A DNA stretch of 64,000 nucleotides from Truepera sp. Lineage in GTDB: Bacteria; Deinococcota; Deinococci; Deinococcales; Trueperaceae. The position numbers and the translations under genes were made by a program. The notes below the pieces were generated by a model. That model was not told the DNA's origin, ran no database searches, and was given only the letters and a program-made list of their open reading frames with translations. Positions 41,276 to 50,977 of this stretch are shown here, piece by piece (position 1 is the first letter of the stretch; each line of letters starts with the position of its first letter). Where the stretch lies: contig CBDCKW010000009.1 in the NCBI GenBank assembly GCA_965218435.1, forward strand, positions 2,720,001 to 2,784,000, in the 5' to 3' direction.

Positions 41276-41757
41276 AAAAGCTCCGCTGCTAAAACACGTT
41301 CAGTTTGTGCCCTGCGAAACTCACCGAGTTTTGTTCGCAGTTCGGGTCGGCTGTTCGCTAAAATCGCCACTGCCAGGAGCGCCGCGTTCGTCGCCCCGGC
41401 TTGCCCAATCGCAAGTGTCCCGACGGGAATACCCGCCGGCATCTGCACGATAGATAAAAGTGAGTCCATACCCTTAAGCGTCCGGCTTTCGACCGGGACA
41501 CCGAGTACCGGGAGCGGCGTCTGCGCGGCGATCATGCCTGGTAGATGCGCCGCGCCGCCCGCACCTGCGATGATAACCTCGAGTCCAGCCCCGACCGCGC
41601 CCTCGGCAAACGCGGTCAGCTTGGCCGGGGTTCGGTGCGCCGAAACCACCTCGCAAAGGTGAGGTACGTCAAAGTCTTCTAACACCTTAGCAGCGTGCTG
41701 CATCGTCTCCCAATCCGAGGTGCTGCCCATCACGACAGCGGCGAGTGCGTCAGCCAC
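41272..41757 (-). CDS. purE: N5-CAIR mutase
   Basis: [29 protein letters not shown]. Confidence 0.98.
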   Translation of the reverse strand: MADALAAVVMGSTSDWETMQHAAKVLEDFDVPHLCEVVSAHRTPAKLTAFAEGAVGAGLEVIIAGAGGAAHLPGMIAAQTPLPVLGVPVESRTLKGMDSLLSIVQMPAGIPVGTLAIGQAGATNAALLAVAILANSRPELRTKLGEFRRAQTERVLAAELL

Positions 41758-42745
41758 GGGTTGCCTCCAAAGTGGATTCAGCCGAGGCGGTTGCGCGCAC
41801 CAAACGGTCGCGGACAGCCGCCCAAACCGGGGTTTCCGGAACCGCTTCGATCAAGATACGCGCCGCCCCGGACGCGTCGAGGTCGCGGAGCGCGGCGTAG
41901 AGGGCGCGGGCGTATCCTTCGGGGTCGCCTGGGAGCGTCAACCAAGTTTGCGCCGCCGAAATCTGAGGACGGCGGCTCAGCACCGCGTCGGTCTCGAGGC
42001 TCTGCGAAACGTCCTCGAGCAAAAAGGCGGGTGTCTGCGGCGCGTAGTGACTTTGAAGACTTCCGGAGACGCGGGGCGTCGCCCCTGTACCCCGTTCGAG
42101 TAAGACAGGCAGCTGCAAAACCGCTTCTAACCTCGCCGCCGAAACCGCGCCGGGGCGCAATATCCTCGGTACGCCGCCACTCAAAGCCATACTCAAATCT
42201 AAGATGGTGGACTCGAGCCCCACGTCAGCTGCGCCACCGTCCAATATAGGAACTCGCGCACCGAATTCGGCCCGGACGTGCTCGGCTGTGGTCGGTGAAA
42301 TGCGGCCGAAACGGTTGGCTGAGGGTGCCGCAACGCCGCCGCCGAAATGCCTTAGCAGTTCTAAAGCCACCGGATGCGCCGGAACCCGCACGCCGACCGT
42401 ATCTTGCCCCCCGGTTACCACGTCACTGACCCAAGGTTGCCGCTCTAAAATCAGCGTAAGCGGTCCCGGCCAGAACGCCTCAACTAAAGGCCACGCCACC
42501 TTAGGGATATTTTTCGCCCAACTCTCCAGTTGGGTGACGTCCGGCAGATGGACGATCACCGGATGACTTGGGGGGCGACCCTTAAGCTGAAAAACTTGAC
42601 GAACCGCCCCTTCGCTTAGCGCGTCTGCGCCGAGGCCGTAAACCGTTTCGGTCGGAAACGCGACGACGCCACCGCGTTTTAGGCTCAGCGCAGCCCGCTC
42701 GGTCGTTAGGGGTACAGCGGTGGGTAAAGTCACGTCGTCAGTCAC
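41750..42745 (-). CDS. sua5: L-threonylcarbamoyladenylate synthase (Sua5-type, with C-terminal SUA5 domain)
   Basis: [32 protein letters not shown]. Confidence 0.95.
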   Translation of the reverse strand: MTDDVTLPTAVPLTTERAALSLKRGGVVAFPTETVYGLGADALSEGAVRQVFQLKGRPPSHPVIVHLPDVTQLESWAKNIPKVAWPLVEAFWPGPLTLILERQPWVSDVVTGGQDTVGVRVPAHPVALELLRHFGGGVAAPSANRFGRISPTTAEHVRAEFGARVPILDGGAADVGLESTILDLSMALSGGVPRILRPGAVSAARLEAVLQLPVLLERGTGATPRVSGSLQSHYAPQTPAFLLEDVSQSLETDAVLSRRPQISAAQTWLTLPGDPEGYARALYAALRDLDASGAARILIEAVPETPVWAAVRDRLVRATASAESTLEATRG

Positions 42746-42846
42746 GCTGCTGAAAATACCACTCTCGCTAGGAGCCGGGGTTGCAACCTCTCACCAAATC
42801 GAGTTTTGCACCGACTTTTGGGCTTTCAGAAAAAGCCCGATAACGC

Positions 42847-42902
42847 GTCCTAGACGCTTAGGACAAACGTCCCAAGGATATTAGAGGGTCTTATGGTAGT
42901 TT
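42847..42902 (+). promoter_or_regulatory. Palindromic regulator site plus extended -10 upstream of the act operon
   Basis: TTAGGAC-AAAC-GTCCCAA (42858-75), an extra half-site GTCCTAG 22 bp upstream, and TG-G-TAGTTT (42894-902). Confidence 0.55.
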
Positions 42903-42908
42903 AATCTT

Positions 42909-43020
42909 GCCTAGTTTTCTCGCGGTCTTTTCGTTTGGTGGTCGCTTCTCTCTGCGCAACTCACAGCGTTTAGAAGACGGAAGCCACAACGCTTGAAAAA
43001 CCGAGAGAGCTTCGCTGGGT
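42909..43020 (+). ncRNA. Candidate structured RNA (long bulged rod) in the act leader
   Basis: Nested complementary segments paired by eye across about 110 nt (see findings). Confidence 0.4.
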
Positions 43021-43366
43021 AAACGAGAATGGAGGCAGGGGCATTGACGCTTACCAAAGTCGAAACCGGGTCACGGCTTTACGACACTTATGTTTCGTTA
43101 GCAAATCTTTACCTGTTGAGAAACCTACCAGCGAACCTGCGCTTAGCCTGGGCCGAGTTGCACCTCGTTACGCAGCACTCAGCAGCGGCGACTTCATCTG
43201 TTTCAGAAGCTTTTAATCTGGCTATAATGACCTCTATGAAAGGTGTTTATTTTGTGACGTTGCAGCCCCTTACCCTAGCCGTGTGCGCCGCCCTATCAGC
43301 AGCTATCCTGCCAGCATCTATTCTGCCAGCATCTATGCGAGCACCTCTGAAAAGGACGGTCTTTTA

Positions 43367-44020
43367 ATGCCGCAGCTTTTGCCGCCTAATTCGAATACCT
43401 TTGCCAAATGGAGCGTGATCGGCGGCACTGTCTTTGTCGTTGCGCTGCTCTGTGCGCTCGTCATCTACGCTCGCACCGACCGCAACCGCGTTGGCGTCCC
43501 GGTCGCGCAGCCGGTTGGGTTTCAGCATTCGCTGCACGCCGGTGAGCTGGGAATCGACTGCCGTTACTGCCACTATTCAGTTGAGGTCGCCGCGTACTCA
43601 AACATTCCTCCGACTGAAATATGTATGACCTGCCACTCGCAGATTCGCGTCGGTGCGCCGCAACTTTCAGCCGTCTATGAAAGTTGGGAGACCGAAACAC
43701 CGATCGTCTGGAACCGCGTTCACGACCTCGCCGACTTTGTTTATTTCAATCACAGCGCACATATCAATAACGGCGTCGGTTGCAGTTACTGTCACGGCCG
43801 CGTAGACCAGATGTCGGCGATTTGGAAAGCTCAGCCGATGACGATGGGCTGGTGTTTGGAATGTCACCGCAATCCCGCCAAGTATGTAAGGCCCCGTGAA
43901 GAGGTCTTTAATATGGCGTACAAACCCCCGGAAAATCAGCTCGAGCTGGGCGCAAGACTCGTCAAAGCCTATAACATTAACGCCGACGCACTTGCGACCT
44001 GCTCGACGTGTCACCGTTAG
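43367..44020 (+). CDS. actA: Alternative complex III pentaheme cytochrome c subunit
   Basis: N-terminal TM helix; CRYCH, CMTCH, CSYCH, CLECH, CSTCH; start ATG 43367. Confidence 0.92.
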   Translation: MPQLLPPNSNTFAKWSVIGGTVFVVALLCALVIYARTDRNRVGVPVAQPVGFQHSLHAGELGIDCRYCHYSVEVAAYSNIPPTEICMTCHSQIRVGAPQLSAVYESWETETPIVWNRVHDLADFVYFNHSAHINNGVGCSYCHGRVDQMSAIWKAQPMTMGWCLECHRNPAKYVRPREEVFNMAYKPPENQLELGARLVKAYNINADALATCSTCHR

Positions 44021-44094
44021 CCTTAGCTGAGCCTGACAAAATCGAGACACTGATTTAAGTAAGACACTGATTTAAGACGAGGACGGAACCTATT

Positions 44095-47000
44095 TTGGAC
44101 ATACTAGACGCACCCGACACGCAAGCAGCCAAGCAAGAAACCGTCAAACCGCTCGACCTGACGCAGATTCGTGCGCGTTTGGAAGCTCAAAAAGGCCAAG
44201 CATATTGGCGGAGCTTAGAAGAACTCGCCGAAACCCCTGAATTTGAAGAGTTTTTAACCAAAGAGTTTCCGCGTCAGGCCGCGCCGCTGGAAAGTTCGGT
44301 TGACCGCCGCGGCTTTATCAAGCTTTTAGGCGCGTCGCTGGCGCTGGCCGGACTGACCTCGTGTGTACGCCCCTATCAGCAAGACCACTTCGCACCTTAT
44401 GTTAAAGCGCCGGAAGAGTTGGTCCCTGACGAACCCCTCTATTTCGCCTCGGCGCTGACCTACGGCGGTTACGCTCAGGGCGTGTTGGTTGAGAGCTATC
44501 AGGGTCGCCCGACCAAGATTGAAGGGAATCCCGACCACCCCGATAGTTTGGGCAGCTCGAGCCCTCAGATGCAGGCCAACACCTTAGCCCTTTACGATCC
44601 CGACCGTTCACAATTTGTGGTCACCGGCGGCAACGAGAGCAGTTTTGCCGAGTTTACCCGGGTCTTTACCACGGCACTTTCCGGCTTGCAAAACGGCGCG
44701 GGTTTTCATATTTTAAGCGAAACCGTCACCTCGCCGACCTTGGCGCGGCAGCTCGCCGCAGTCTTGCAGCAGTACCCGCAGGCGCAGTGGCATCAGTTCG
44801 ATGGACTGCAAACCGGCGCACAAGCGGGCGCAGAACAAGCGTTCGGCCGCCCCCTTCAAACGCGTTACGACTTCTTAAACGCCGACGTCATTTTGTCATT
44901 AGACGCCGACTTTCTCGGGCCGGGACCGGGCCAGCTCGCCTACAGCCGGAGCTTTGCCGAACGTCGGCGGGTCCGGAGCGCCGACGATACGATGAACCGG
45001 CTTTACGCCCTCGAGCTCACCCCGACGATTACCGGCAGCATGGCCGACCACCGTGTCTCGTTGACCCCTGCGCAGACTGCTGCAGCGGCTCGTCATATCG
45101 CCGGGCAACTCGGTGTAACAGGCGTGTCGGGCGAACTTCCTAAAGGATTGGAGGCCGCCTGGGTCAACGCACTTATAGAAGACCTGCAAGGCGCGAACGG
45201 CCGCTGCGCCGTCGTCCCCGGAGCCGAACAACCCGCTGAAGTTCACGCACTCGCTCACGCGATGAACGCGGCGCTCGGCACCGTCGGGACGACCGTCTTT
45301 TATACCGAGTCCGTCGCCGTCCAACCGACGGATTCTTTAAGGTCGTTGCAAACTCTGACCGACGCCGCTAATAACGGCAACGTTCAGGTGCTGCTGATGT
45401 TAGGTGGTAACCCGGTTTACGCCGCTCCCGCTGATATTGACTTTGAAAAAGTGCTGGCCAATGTGCCTTTTAGTGCGCACCTGAGCCTCTACCGCGACGA
45501 AACCTCGTCACGCGCAACCTGGCACGTTCCGCAAACGCACGAGCTCGAGACCTGGAGCGACGCGAGAGCTTTCAACGGGACTGCCACGGTGATGCAGCAG
45601 ATGATCGACCCGTTTTACAACGGGATTTCGGCGCATCAGCTGCTCGCAGCTATCCTGGGCGACACTGAATCAACGCCGCTGCAGCTCGTTCAAGCCACCT
45701 ATCAAGACCAAGTTGCGGACGACTTCGAAGGGTTTTGGCGGCAGACGGTCTACCAGGGGACGGTCAACGGCACAGCTTACAAACCTATTCAGCCCAAGCT
45801 TCAGGCCAACGCCTTGGCCGCACCACAAAACGAGGCCGCAGGTAATAAAGTTACGGGTGGGGGGCTCGAGGTCGCCTTTCGGCTCGACCCGAATATCTTA
45901 GACGGCCGCTACAGCAACAACGGTTGGCTCCAAGAACTACCCAAACCCTTTTCTAAACTTACCTGGGACAACGCCGCGCTGATCGCCCCGGCTTTGGCCG
46001 AGCGCCAAGGGTTGAGTAACGGCGATATGGTGCGGGTGACGCTGGGGCAAAGAAGTCTCGAGCTGCCCGCCTTGCTCGTTCCCGGTCAAGCGGATAACCT
46101 CATCGTCTTGCACACCGGGTACGGCCGCGAAAACGCCGGTCATATCGGGACCGGTGTCGGTTTTGACGTCGGCGTGCTCCGCACCGCCGCAACGTACTGG
46201 CACGCGACCGGCGCACAGCTCACTCCGACCGGCAACAGTTATCAGCTCGTCAGCACTCAGATGCATCACGCTTTAGACACCAAAGGGATCGAAAACCGCC
46301 ACATCGTCCGGCACGGCACCTTAGCCGAGCTTAAGGCGGAGCCTGAACACCCACATTTCGTCAACCCCACCGAGCACGAAGAGTCAGACCTTTACGCGAA
46401 CTACAGCTACCCGGATTACAAATGGGGCATGGTCATTGACATGAACGTCTGCACCTCGTGTAACGCCTGCGTGACTGCGTGCCAAGCTGAAAACAACATC
46501 CCGATTGTCGGTAAAGGACAGGTCGCCGTCGGCCGCGAAATGCACTGGATTCGGGTTGACGCTTACTATTCGGGCACGGTAGATGACCCGACCTTTTACA
46601 GTATGCCGATGATGTGCCAGATGTGCGAGCAAGCGCCGTGTGAACCCGTGTGTCCGGTCGGCGCGACCGTTCACGATCAACAGGGCATCAACGTGATGGT
46701 GTATAACCGCTGCGTCGGGACGCGTTACTGCTCGAACAACTGCCCTTACAAAGTGCGGCGTTTTAACTTTTTACAGTACGCCGAGCTCGAGGAAACCAGC
46801 CTCGCCATGCTCGCCAACCCCAACGTTACCGTACGGAGCCGCGGGGTGATGGAAAAGTGCAACTACTGCTTGCAGCGTATCCGTAAAGCCACCATCGTCT
46901 CAGGCAATGAGCGCCGCCACATCCGCGAGGGCGAGGTCGTAACCGCGTGTCAGAGTGCCTGCCCGACCAACGCGATTATCTTCGGCGACCTCAACAACGA

Positions 47001-47169
47001 AAAGAGCGCCGTCGTTCAGGACAAACGCTCGGTGCTTAACTACGGCGTGCTGACCGAACTTAACACACAGCCGCGCACGACCTATTTGGCTAAACTCAGC
47101 AATCCCCACCCGACTCTCGCCGAAGCCGGTAGCGACGCGGTAAGAGACGCCGCGACAGGAGCACTCTGA
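44095..47169 (+). CDS. actB: Alternative complex III molybdopterin-oxidoreductase-like/FeS subunit
   Basis: YWRSLEEL, Tat motif DRRGFIK, GRPTKIEGNPDHP, C-terminal FeS clusters (CTSCNAC, CQMCEQAPCEPVCP, CVGTRYCSNNCP, CNYC). Confidence 0.93.
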   Translation: MDILDAPDTQAAKQETVKPLDLTQIRARLEAQKGQAYWRSLEELAETPEFEEFLTKEFPRQAAPLESSVDRRGFIKLLGASLALAGLTSCVRPYQQDHFAPYVKAPEELVPDEPLYFASALTYGGYAQGVLVESYQGRPTKIEGNPDHPDSLGSSSPQMQANTLALYDPDRSQFVVTGGNESSFAEFTRVFTTALSGLQNGAGFHILSETVTSPTLARQLAAVLQQYPQAQWHQFDGLQTGAQAGAEQAFGRPLQTRYDFLNADVILSLDADFLGPGPGQLAYSRSFAERRRVRSADDTMNRLYALELTPTITGSMADHRVSLTPAQTAAAARHIAGQLGVTGVSGELPKGLEAAWVNALIEDLQGANGRCAVVPGAEQPAEVHALAHAMNAALGTVGTTVFYTESVAVQPTDSLRSLQTLTDAANNGNVQVLLMLGGNPVYAAPADIDFEKVLANVPFSAHLSLYRDETSSRATWHVPQTHELETWSDARAFNGTATVMQQMIDPFYNGISAHQLLAAILGDTESTPLQLVQATYQDQVADDFEGFWRQTVYQGTVNGTAYKPIQPKLQANALAAPQNEAAGNKVTGGGLEVAFRLDPNILDGRYSNNGWLQELPKPFSKLTWDNAALIAPALAERQGLSNGDMVRVTLGQRSLELPALLVPGQADNLIVLHTGYGRENAGHIGTGVGFDVGVLRTAATYWHATGAQLTPTGNSYQLVSTQMHHALDTKGIENRHIVRHGTLAELKAEPEHPHFVNPTEHEESDLYANYSYPDYKWGMVIDMNVCTSCNACVTACQAENNIPIVGKGQVAVGREMHWIRVDAYYSGTVDDPTFYSMPMMCQMCEQAPCEPVCPVGATVHDQQGINVMVYNRCVGTRYCSNNCPYKVRRFNFLQYAELEETSLAMLANPNVTVRSRGVMEKCNYCLQRIRKATIVSGNERRHIREGEVVTACQSACPTNAIIFGDLNNEKSAVVQDKRSVLNYGVLTELNTQPRTTYLAKLSNPHPTLAEAGSDAVRDAATGAL

Positions 47170-48578
47170 TGGCTGTTCAACGAAGAGGACGCGTACAAGA
47201 AACGAACCGCGTGATCGCTCCCGGTCAGTCGTACGGCGGCGTTGACGACGTTGTTGATCGCCCGATTTTCCGTACCTTAACGCGCGCCCCGCGTTGGTGG
47301 TTTTTAGGCTTTGCGATCGGCTTTGTACTTTTAATGCTCTGGCTCTACACCGTCGTGACGCTGATCATCCGCGGTACCGGCATTTTCGGCAACAACATCC
47401 CCGTCGCCTGGGCCTTCCCGATTATCAACTTCGTCTGGTGGATCGGGATCGGTCACGCCGGAACGCTGATTTCAGCGATTTTACTCTTGTTTCGGCAAGA
47501 TTGGCGTACTTCGATCAACCGCTTTGCCGAGGCGATGACGCTTTTCGCCGTCGTCTGCGCCGGTCTCGGGCCGATTTTGCACTTAGGGAGGCCGTGGGTT
47601 TTTTACTGGCTCGCCCCTTACCCTAATACCTACGGGTTGTGGCCTCAGTTTCGCAGTCCGCTCGATTGGGATTTGTTTGCGATTTCAACCTACGCGAGTG
47701 TTTCGGCGCTCTTCTGGTTTATCGGGTTGGTACCCGACCTGGCGTCGATGCGGGACAAAGCGACGCACCCGTTTTCACGTATCTTTTACGGTACCCTGGC
47801 CCTCGGCTGGCGCGGCTCGGCTAAACACTGGCAGCGGTATCAGCGGGCCTACCTTCTTTTGGCCGCGCTCTCGACGCCGCTGGTACTGTCGGTTCACTCG
47901 ACGATTGCGATGGACTTCGCCGTAGCGCAGTTGCCGGGATGGAACAACACCATCGCGCCGCCTTACTTCGTCGCCGGAGCGGTTTACGCCGGTTTTGCAA
48001 TGGTCTTGATTTTAGGGATTCCGCTGCGGCGCGCGTACGGTTTAGAAGGTTTGATTACTAAAAAACACCTCGACAACTGCGCCAAAGTGATGTTTGCAAC
48101 CGGGATGATCGTCTTGTACGGCTACATCATCGAACTCTTTATCGCCTGGTATTCAGGCGTCGAGTACGAACGCTTTATGGCGTATAACCGCGTATTCGGC
48201 GACTATGCATGGGCGTTTTGGGCGCTGATCGTCTGTAACGGCCTTACCATTCAGGCGCTCTGGTTTAAGCGGGTACGGCAATCAACCGTTGCACTTTTTG
48301 TGATCTCACTCGTTGTTTCAGTGGGGATGTGGCTCGAGCGTTACGTCATCATCGCCATCAGCTTGACCCGCGACTTTTTACCGTCGTCCTGGGGTAACTA
48401 CACCCCAACCGTATTCGACTGGTCGCTCTTTATCGGTTCGATAGGTCTCTTTTTATCGCTCTGGTTCGTATTTATCCGGCTCCTCCCGTCAATCGCCACG
48501 TCAGAAATTAAAGAGCTGGTTCACCACGAGAGACATCACGGCGCAACCCATGAGGCGACCCCAGGAGAGGTAGGGTAA
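47169..48578 (+). CDS. actC: Alternative complex III NrfD/PsrC-like quinol-oxidising membrane subunit
   Basis: NFVWWIGIGHAGTLISAIL, INRFAEAMT, HLGRPW, SPLDWD. Confidence 0.93.
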   Translation: MAVQRRGRVQETNRVIAPGQSYGGVDDVVDRPIFRTLTRAPRWWFLGFAIGFVLLMLWLYTVVTLIIRGTGIFGNNIPVAWAFPIINFVWWIGIGHAGTLISAILLLFRQDWRTSINRFAEAMTLFAVVCAGLGPILHLGRPWVFYWLAPYPNTYGLWPQFRSPLDWDLFAISTYASVSALFWFIGLVPDLASMRDKATHPFSRIFYGTLALGWRGSAKHWQRYQRAYLLLAALSTPLVLSVHSTIAMDFAVAQLPGWNNTIAPPYFVAGAVYAGFAMVLILGIPLRRAYGLEGLITKKHLDNCAKVMFATGMIVLYGYIIELFIAWYSGVEYERFMAYNRVFGDYAWAFWALIVCNGLTIQALWFKRVRQSTVALFVISLVVSVGMWLERYVIIAISLTRDFLPSSWGNYTPTVFDWSLFIGSIGLFLSLWFVFIRLLPSIATSEIKELVHHERHHGATHEATPGEVG

Positions 48579-49147
48579 TGACTGTAGGTGTTTCAGTAGC
48601 TAATATAGCGGACGTTGACCCTGAACTTTACGGCGTCGTCGCAGAGTTCGACACCCCTGAAGCCGTGGTTGACGCGGCTAACCACGCCCGCGAAGCAGGG
48701 TACAAAAAGATGGACGCGTACACGCCTTTTCCGGTCAACGGGCTCGACGAGGCGCTTGGGATGACCAATACCCGGCTGGGCTGGTTCGTCCTGTTGATGG
48801 GGATTACCGGCGGCCTCGCTGCGTTTGCGATGCAGTTTTACGCCAACGCTGTCTTTTACCCGCTAAATATCGGCGGCAAACCGCTGAACTCATGGCCCAA
48901 CTTCGTCGTCATCACCTTTGAATGTACAATTCTTTTTGCTGCGTTTACCGCCGGACTTTTTATGCTCGCCCGCAACGGTTTGCCGCAGCCCTACCACTCG
49001 ATCTTTAACACCCCCAACTTCGAACGGGCGACCAGAGACCACTTTTTTCTCTGTATCGAGGCTTCTGATGAGCAGTTCGACGCGCAAAAAGTCGGCGAGT
49101 TTTTAGGGACGCTGAGCCCACTACGCGTCTCTGAGGTTGAGGTTTAA
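48578..49147 (+). CDS. actD: Alternative complex III subunit (DUF3341)
   Basis: DAYTPFPV, NIGGKP..SWP, FECTILF. Confidence 0.9.
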   Translation: MTVGVSVANIADVDPELYGVVAEFDTPEAVVDAANHAREAGYKKMDAYTPFPVNGLDEALGMTNTRLGWFVLLMGITGGLAAFAMQFYANAVFYPLNIGGKPLNSWPNFVVITFECTILFAAFTAGLFMLARNGLPQPYHSIFNTPNFERATRDHFFLCIEASDEQFDAQKVGEFLGTLSPLRVSEVEV

Positions 49148-49148
49148 G

Positions 49149-49769
49149 ATGCGTAAGCTCGTCTTTTTAGCCGCTTTACTCGTCGCGCTTACCGGTTGCG
49201 GCCGCAACATGTATCAGCAAGCGAAGTATCAAGAAGATAAACCCTCACCGTTTTTTGCCGACGGTACCTCGTCGAGACCTATACCCGACGGTACCGTCTC
49301 CCGTAGCCGCGGCGCGATTCAAGCGTCCTTTTTTACCGGGCAAGATAAAAACGGGCTTTTAACCGAAGTGCCCTTAGAGGTCACCGAAGCGGTTCTTAAA
49401 CGCGGCCAAGAGCGGTTTAATATCTACTGCTCGCCGTGTCACAACTACTCGGGGAACGGCAGAGGGATGATCGTGCAAAAGGGTTTTGTGCAGCCTACGT
49501 CGTTTCACGACCCAAGGTTGCGCGCTTCGCCGGTCGGCTACTTTTTTAACGTGATTACGAACGGTTACGGGCGGATGTATTCGTACGCGTCACGGGTACC
49601 CCCGGCCGACCGTTGGGCGATTGCCGCCTATATCAAGACGCTGCAGTATTCACAAGACGCGCCGGTCGCAGACCTCCCGGCTAACTTGCGTAAGAGCCTC
49701 GCCCAACCTCAGCCCGCGACCGATCAAGCTGCGTCTAATACCCCCGCAACTGAAGGAGCCAATCAGTGA
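49149..49769 (+). CDS. actE: Alternative complex III monoheme cytochrome c lipoprotein
   Basis: Lipobox LTGC, MYQQ, CSPCH, DRWAIAAYI. Confidence 0.9.
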   Translation: MRKLVFLAALLVALTGCGRNMYQQAKYQEDKPSPFFADGTSSRPIPDGTVSRSRGAIQASFFTGQDKNGLLTEVPLEVTEAVLKRGQERFNIYCSPCHNYSGNGRGMIVQKGFVQPTSFHDPRLRASPVGYFFNVITNGYGRMYSYASRVPPADRWAIAAYIKTLQYSQDAPVADLPANLRKSLAQPQPATDQAASNTPATEGANQ

Positions 49770-50977
49770 GCCGCACCGACACCACCGGGATTTCTTCCGG
49801 CACCCCCTATCAAGCGAGTCTCGGGCGCGCCCAAAACGCTGCGGCGATCGTCGGCGTTTTAGGGCTCGTGCTGGCAGTGATCCTCGTTCCGCTCAGCGGC
49901 GGCCTGACCGCTTTTTTTCAGTCTTACCTGATCGCCTTCGTATTTTGGGTCGGCTTGACGCTCGGGTGCCTCGCGCTACTGATGATTCAGTACCTCGCCG
50001 GGGGTCCGTGGGGCGCGATTGCGCGGCGCTTTCTCGAGGCCGGTGCGAGTAACATCTTGATGATGGCGGTTCTCGTTATTCCCGTACTACTAGGTCTAAG
50101 AAGCCTTTACGTCTGGACCGACCCGGCCTACGTTGCGTCGCATCTTACGGTCAACCTCAAAACGAGCTACCTCAATATCCCCTTTTTTATCGTCCGGACG
50201 ATCATCTACTTTGCGACCTGGGGTATTCTCGTACAGCTTTTCCGGGGGTGGTCGCGGCGTCAAGATGAAGGCGACCCCAAAATGGCGCAACAGCTCAGAA
50301 ACGCCGGGGCAGCCGGTGTTTTGATGTTCGTCGTGACGATGACCTTTGCCGCTTTTGATTGGGGCATGTCGCTGACGCCGGAGTGGTTTTCGGGGATGTA
50401 CGGCGTGATTTTTATGATCGGCCAACTTATCAGCGCCGTGTCACTGCTGATTTTGCTGCTCGTTTCGTTTCAAAATGTCGAGCCACTGCCCAAAGTCTTA
50501 AATGCGGCGCGGCTGCAAGATTTCGGTAACTTTTTGATGGCCTTTACGATGTTTTGGGCGTACGTGCAGATGTCGCAGCTGATTATCCTCTGGTCAAATA
50601 ACGTCGTGGAAACGAACACCTGGTACGTTACCCGCCTCGAGTCGGGTTGGGTCTGGGTCAGCTCGTTTTTACTCGTGTTTCACTTTATGGCACCTTTTTT
50701 GATCCTCTTTTCACGTTGGGTCAAACGCAAAGGCCGCGCCCTCGTCTGGGTGGCGGGCTGGATGATCGTAATGCGCATCGTTGACATCTACTGGATTTTG
50801 GTACCGACGTTTCAGCGTCCCGGCAATGCGTTTCGGCTCCTTGACGTCGCGCTGATTTTAGCTTTGGGCGGCGTCTGGCTCAGCTTCTTTTTCCGGCGGC
50901 TTAAAACCACCTCGATCTTGCCCGCGCACGACCCGCGTATCGAATCCGAGCTGATGGGAGCAGCCGCGCATGACTGA
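49766..50977 (+). CDS. actF: Alternative complex III membrane subunit
   Basis: About 10 TM helices; YLNIPFF, DWGMSL.PEWFS, FWAYV..SQ. Confidence 0.9.
   Translation: MSRTDTTGISSGTPYQASLGRAQNAAAIVGVLGLVLAVILVPLSGGLTAFFQSYLIAFVFWVGLTLGCLALLMIQYLAGGPWGAIARRFLEAGASNILMMAVLVIPVLLGLRSLYVWTDPAYVASHLTVNLKTSYLNIPFFIVRTIIYFATWGILVQLFRGWSRRQDEGDPKMAQQLRNAGAAGVLMFVVTMTFAAFDWGMSLTPEWFSGMYGVIFMIGQLISAVSLLILLLVSFQNVEPLPKVLNAARLQDFGNFLMAFTMFWAYVQMSQLIILWSNNVVETNTWYVTRLESGWVWVSSFLLVFHFMAPFLILFSRWVKRKGRALVWVAGWMIVMRIVDIYWILVPTFQRPGNAFRLLDVALILALGGVWLSFFFRRLKTTSILPAHDPRIESELMGAAAHD

Noticed and set aside
42817..42840. GGGCTTT-N5-AAAGCCC hairpin as a terminator
   Set aside because: There is no downstream U-tract on either strand, and it lies between divergent genes.
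43029..43367. 112-aa ORF upstream of actA and the 28-aa N-terminal extension of ActA
   Set aside because: No family features; the ORF overlaps a TATAAT promoter and a tandem duplication. ATG 43367 with an upstream AAGGA fits ActA better.
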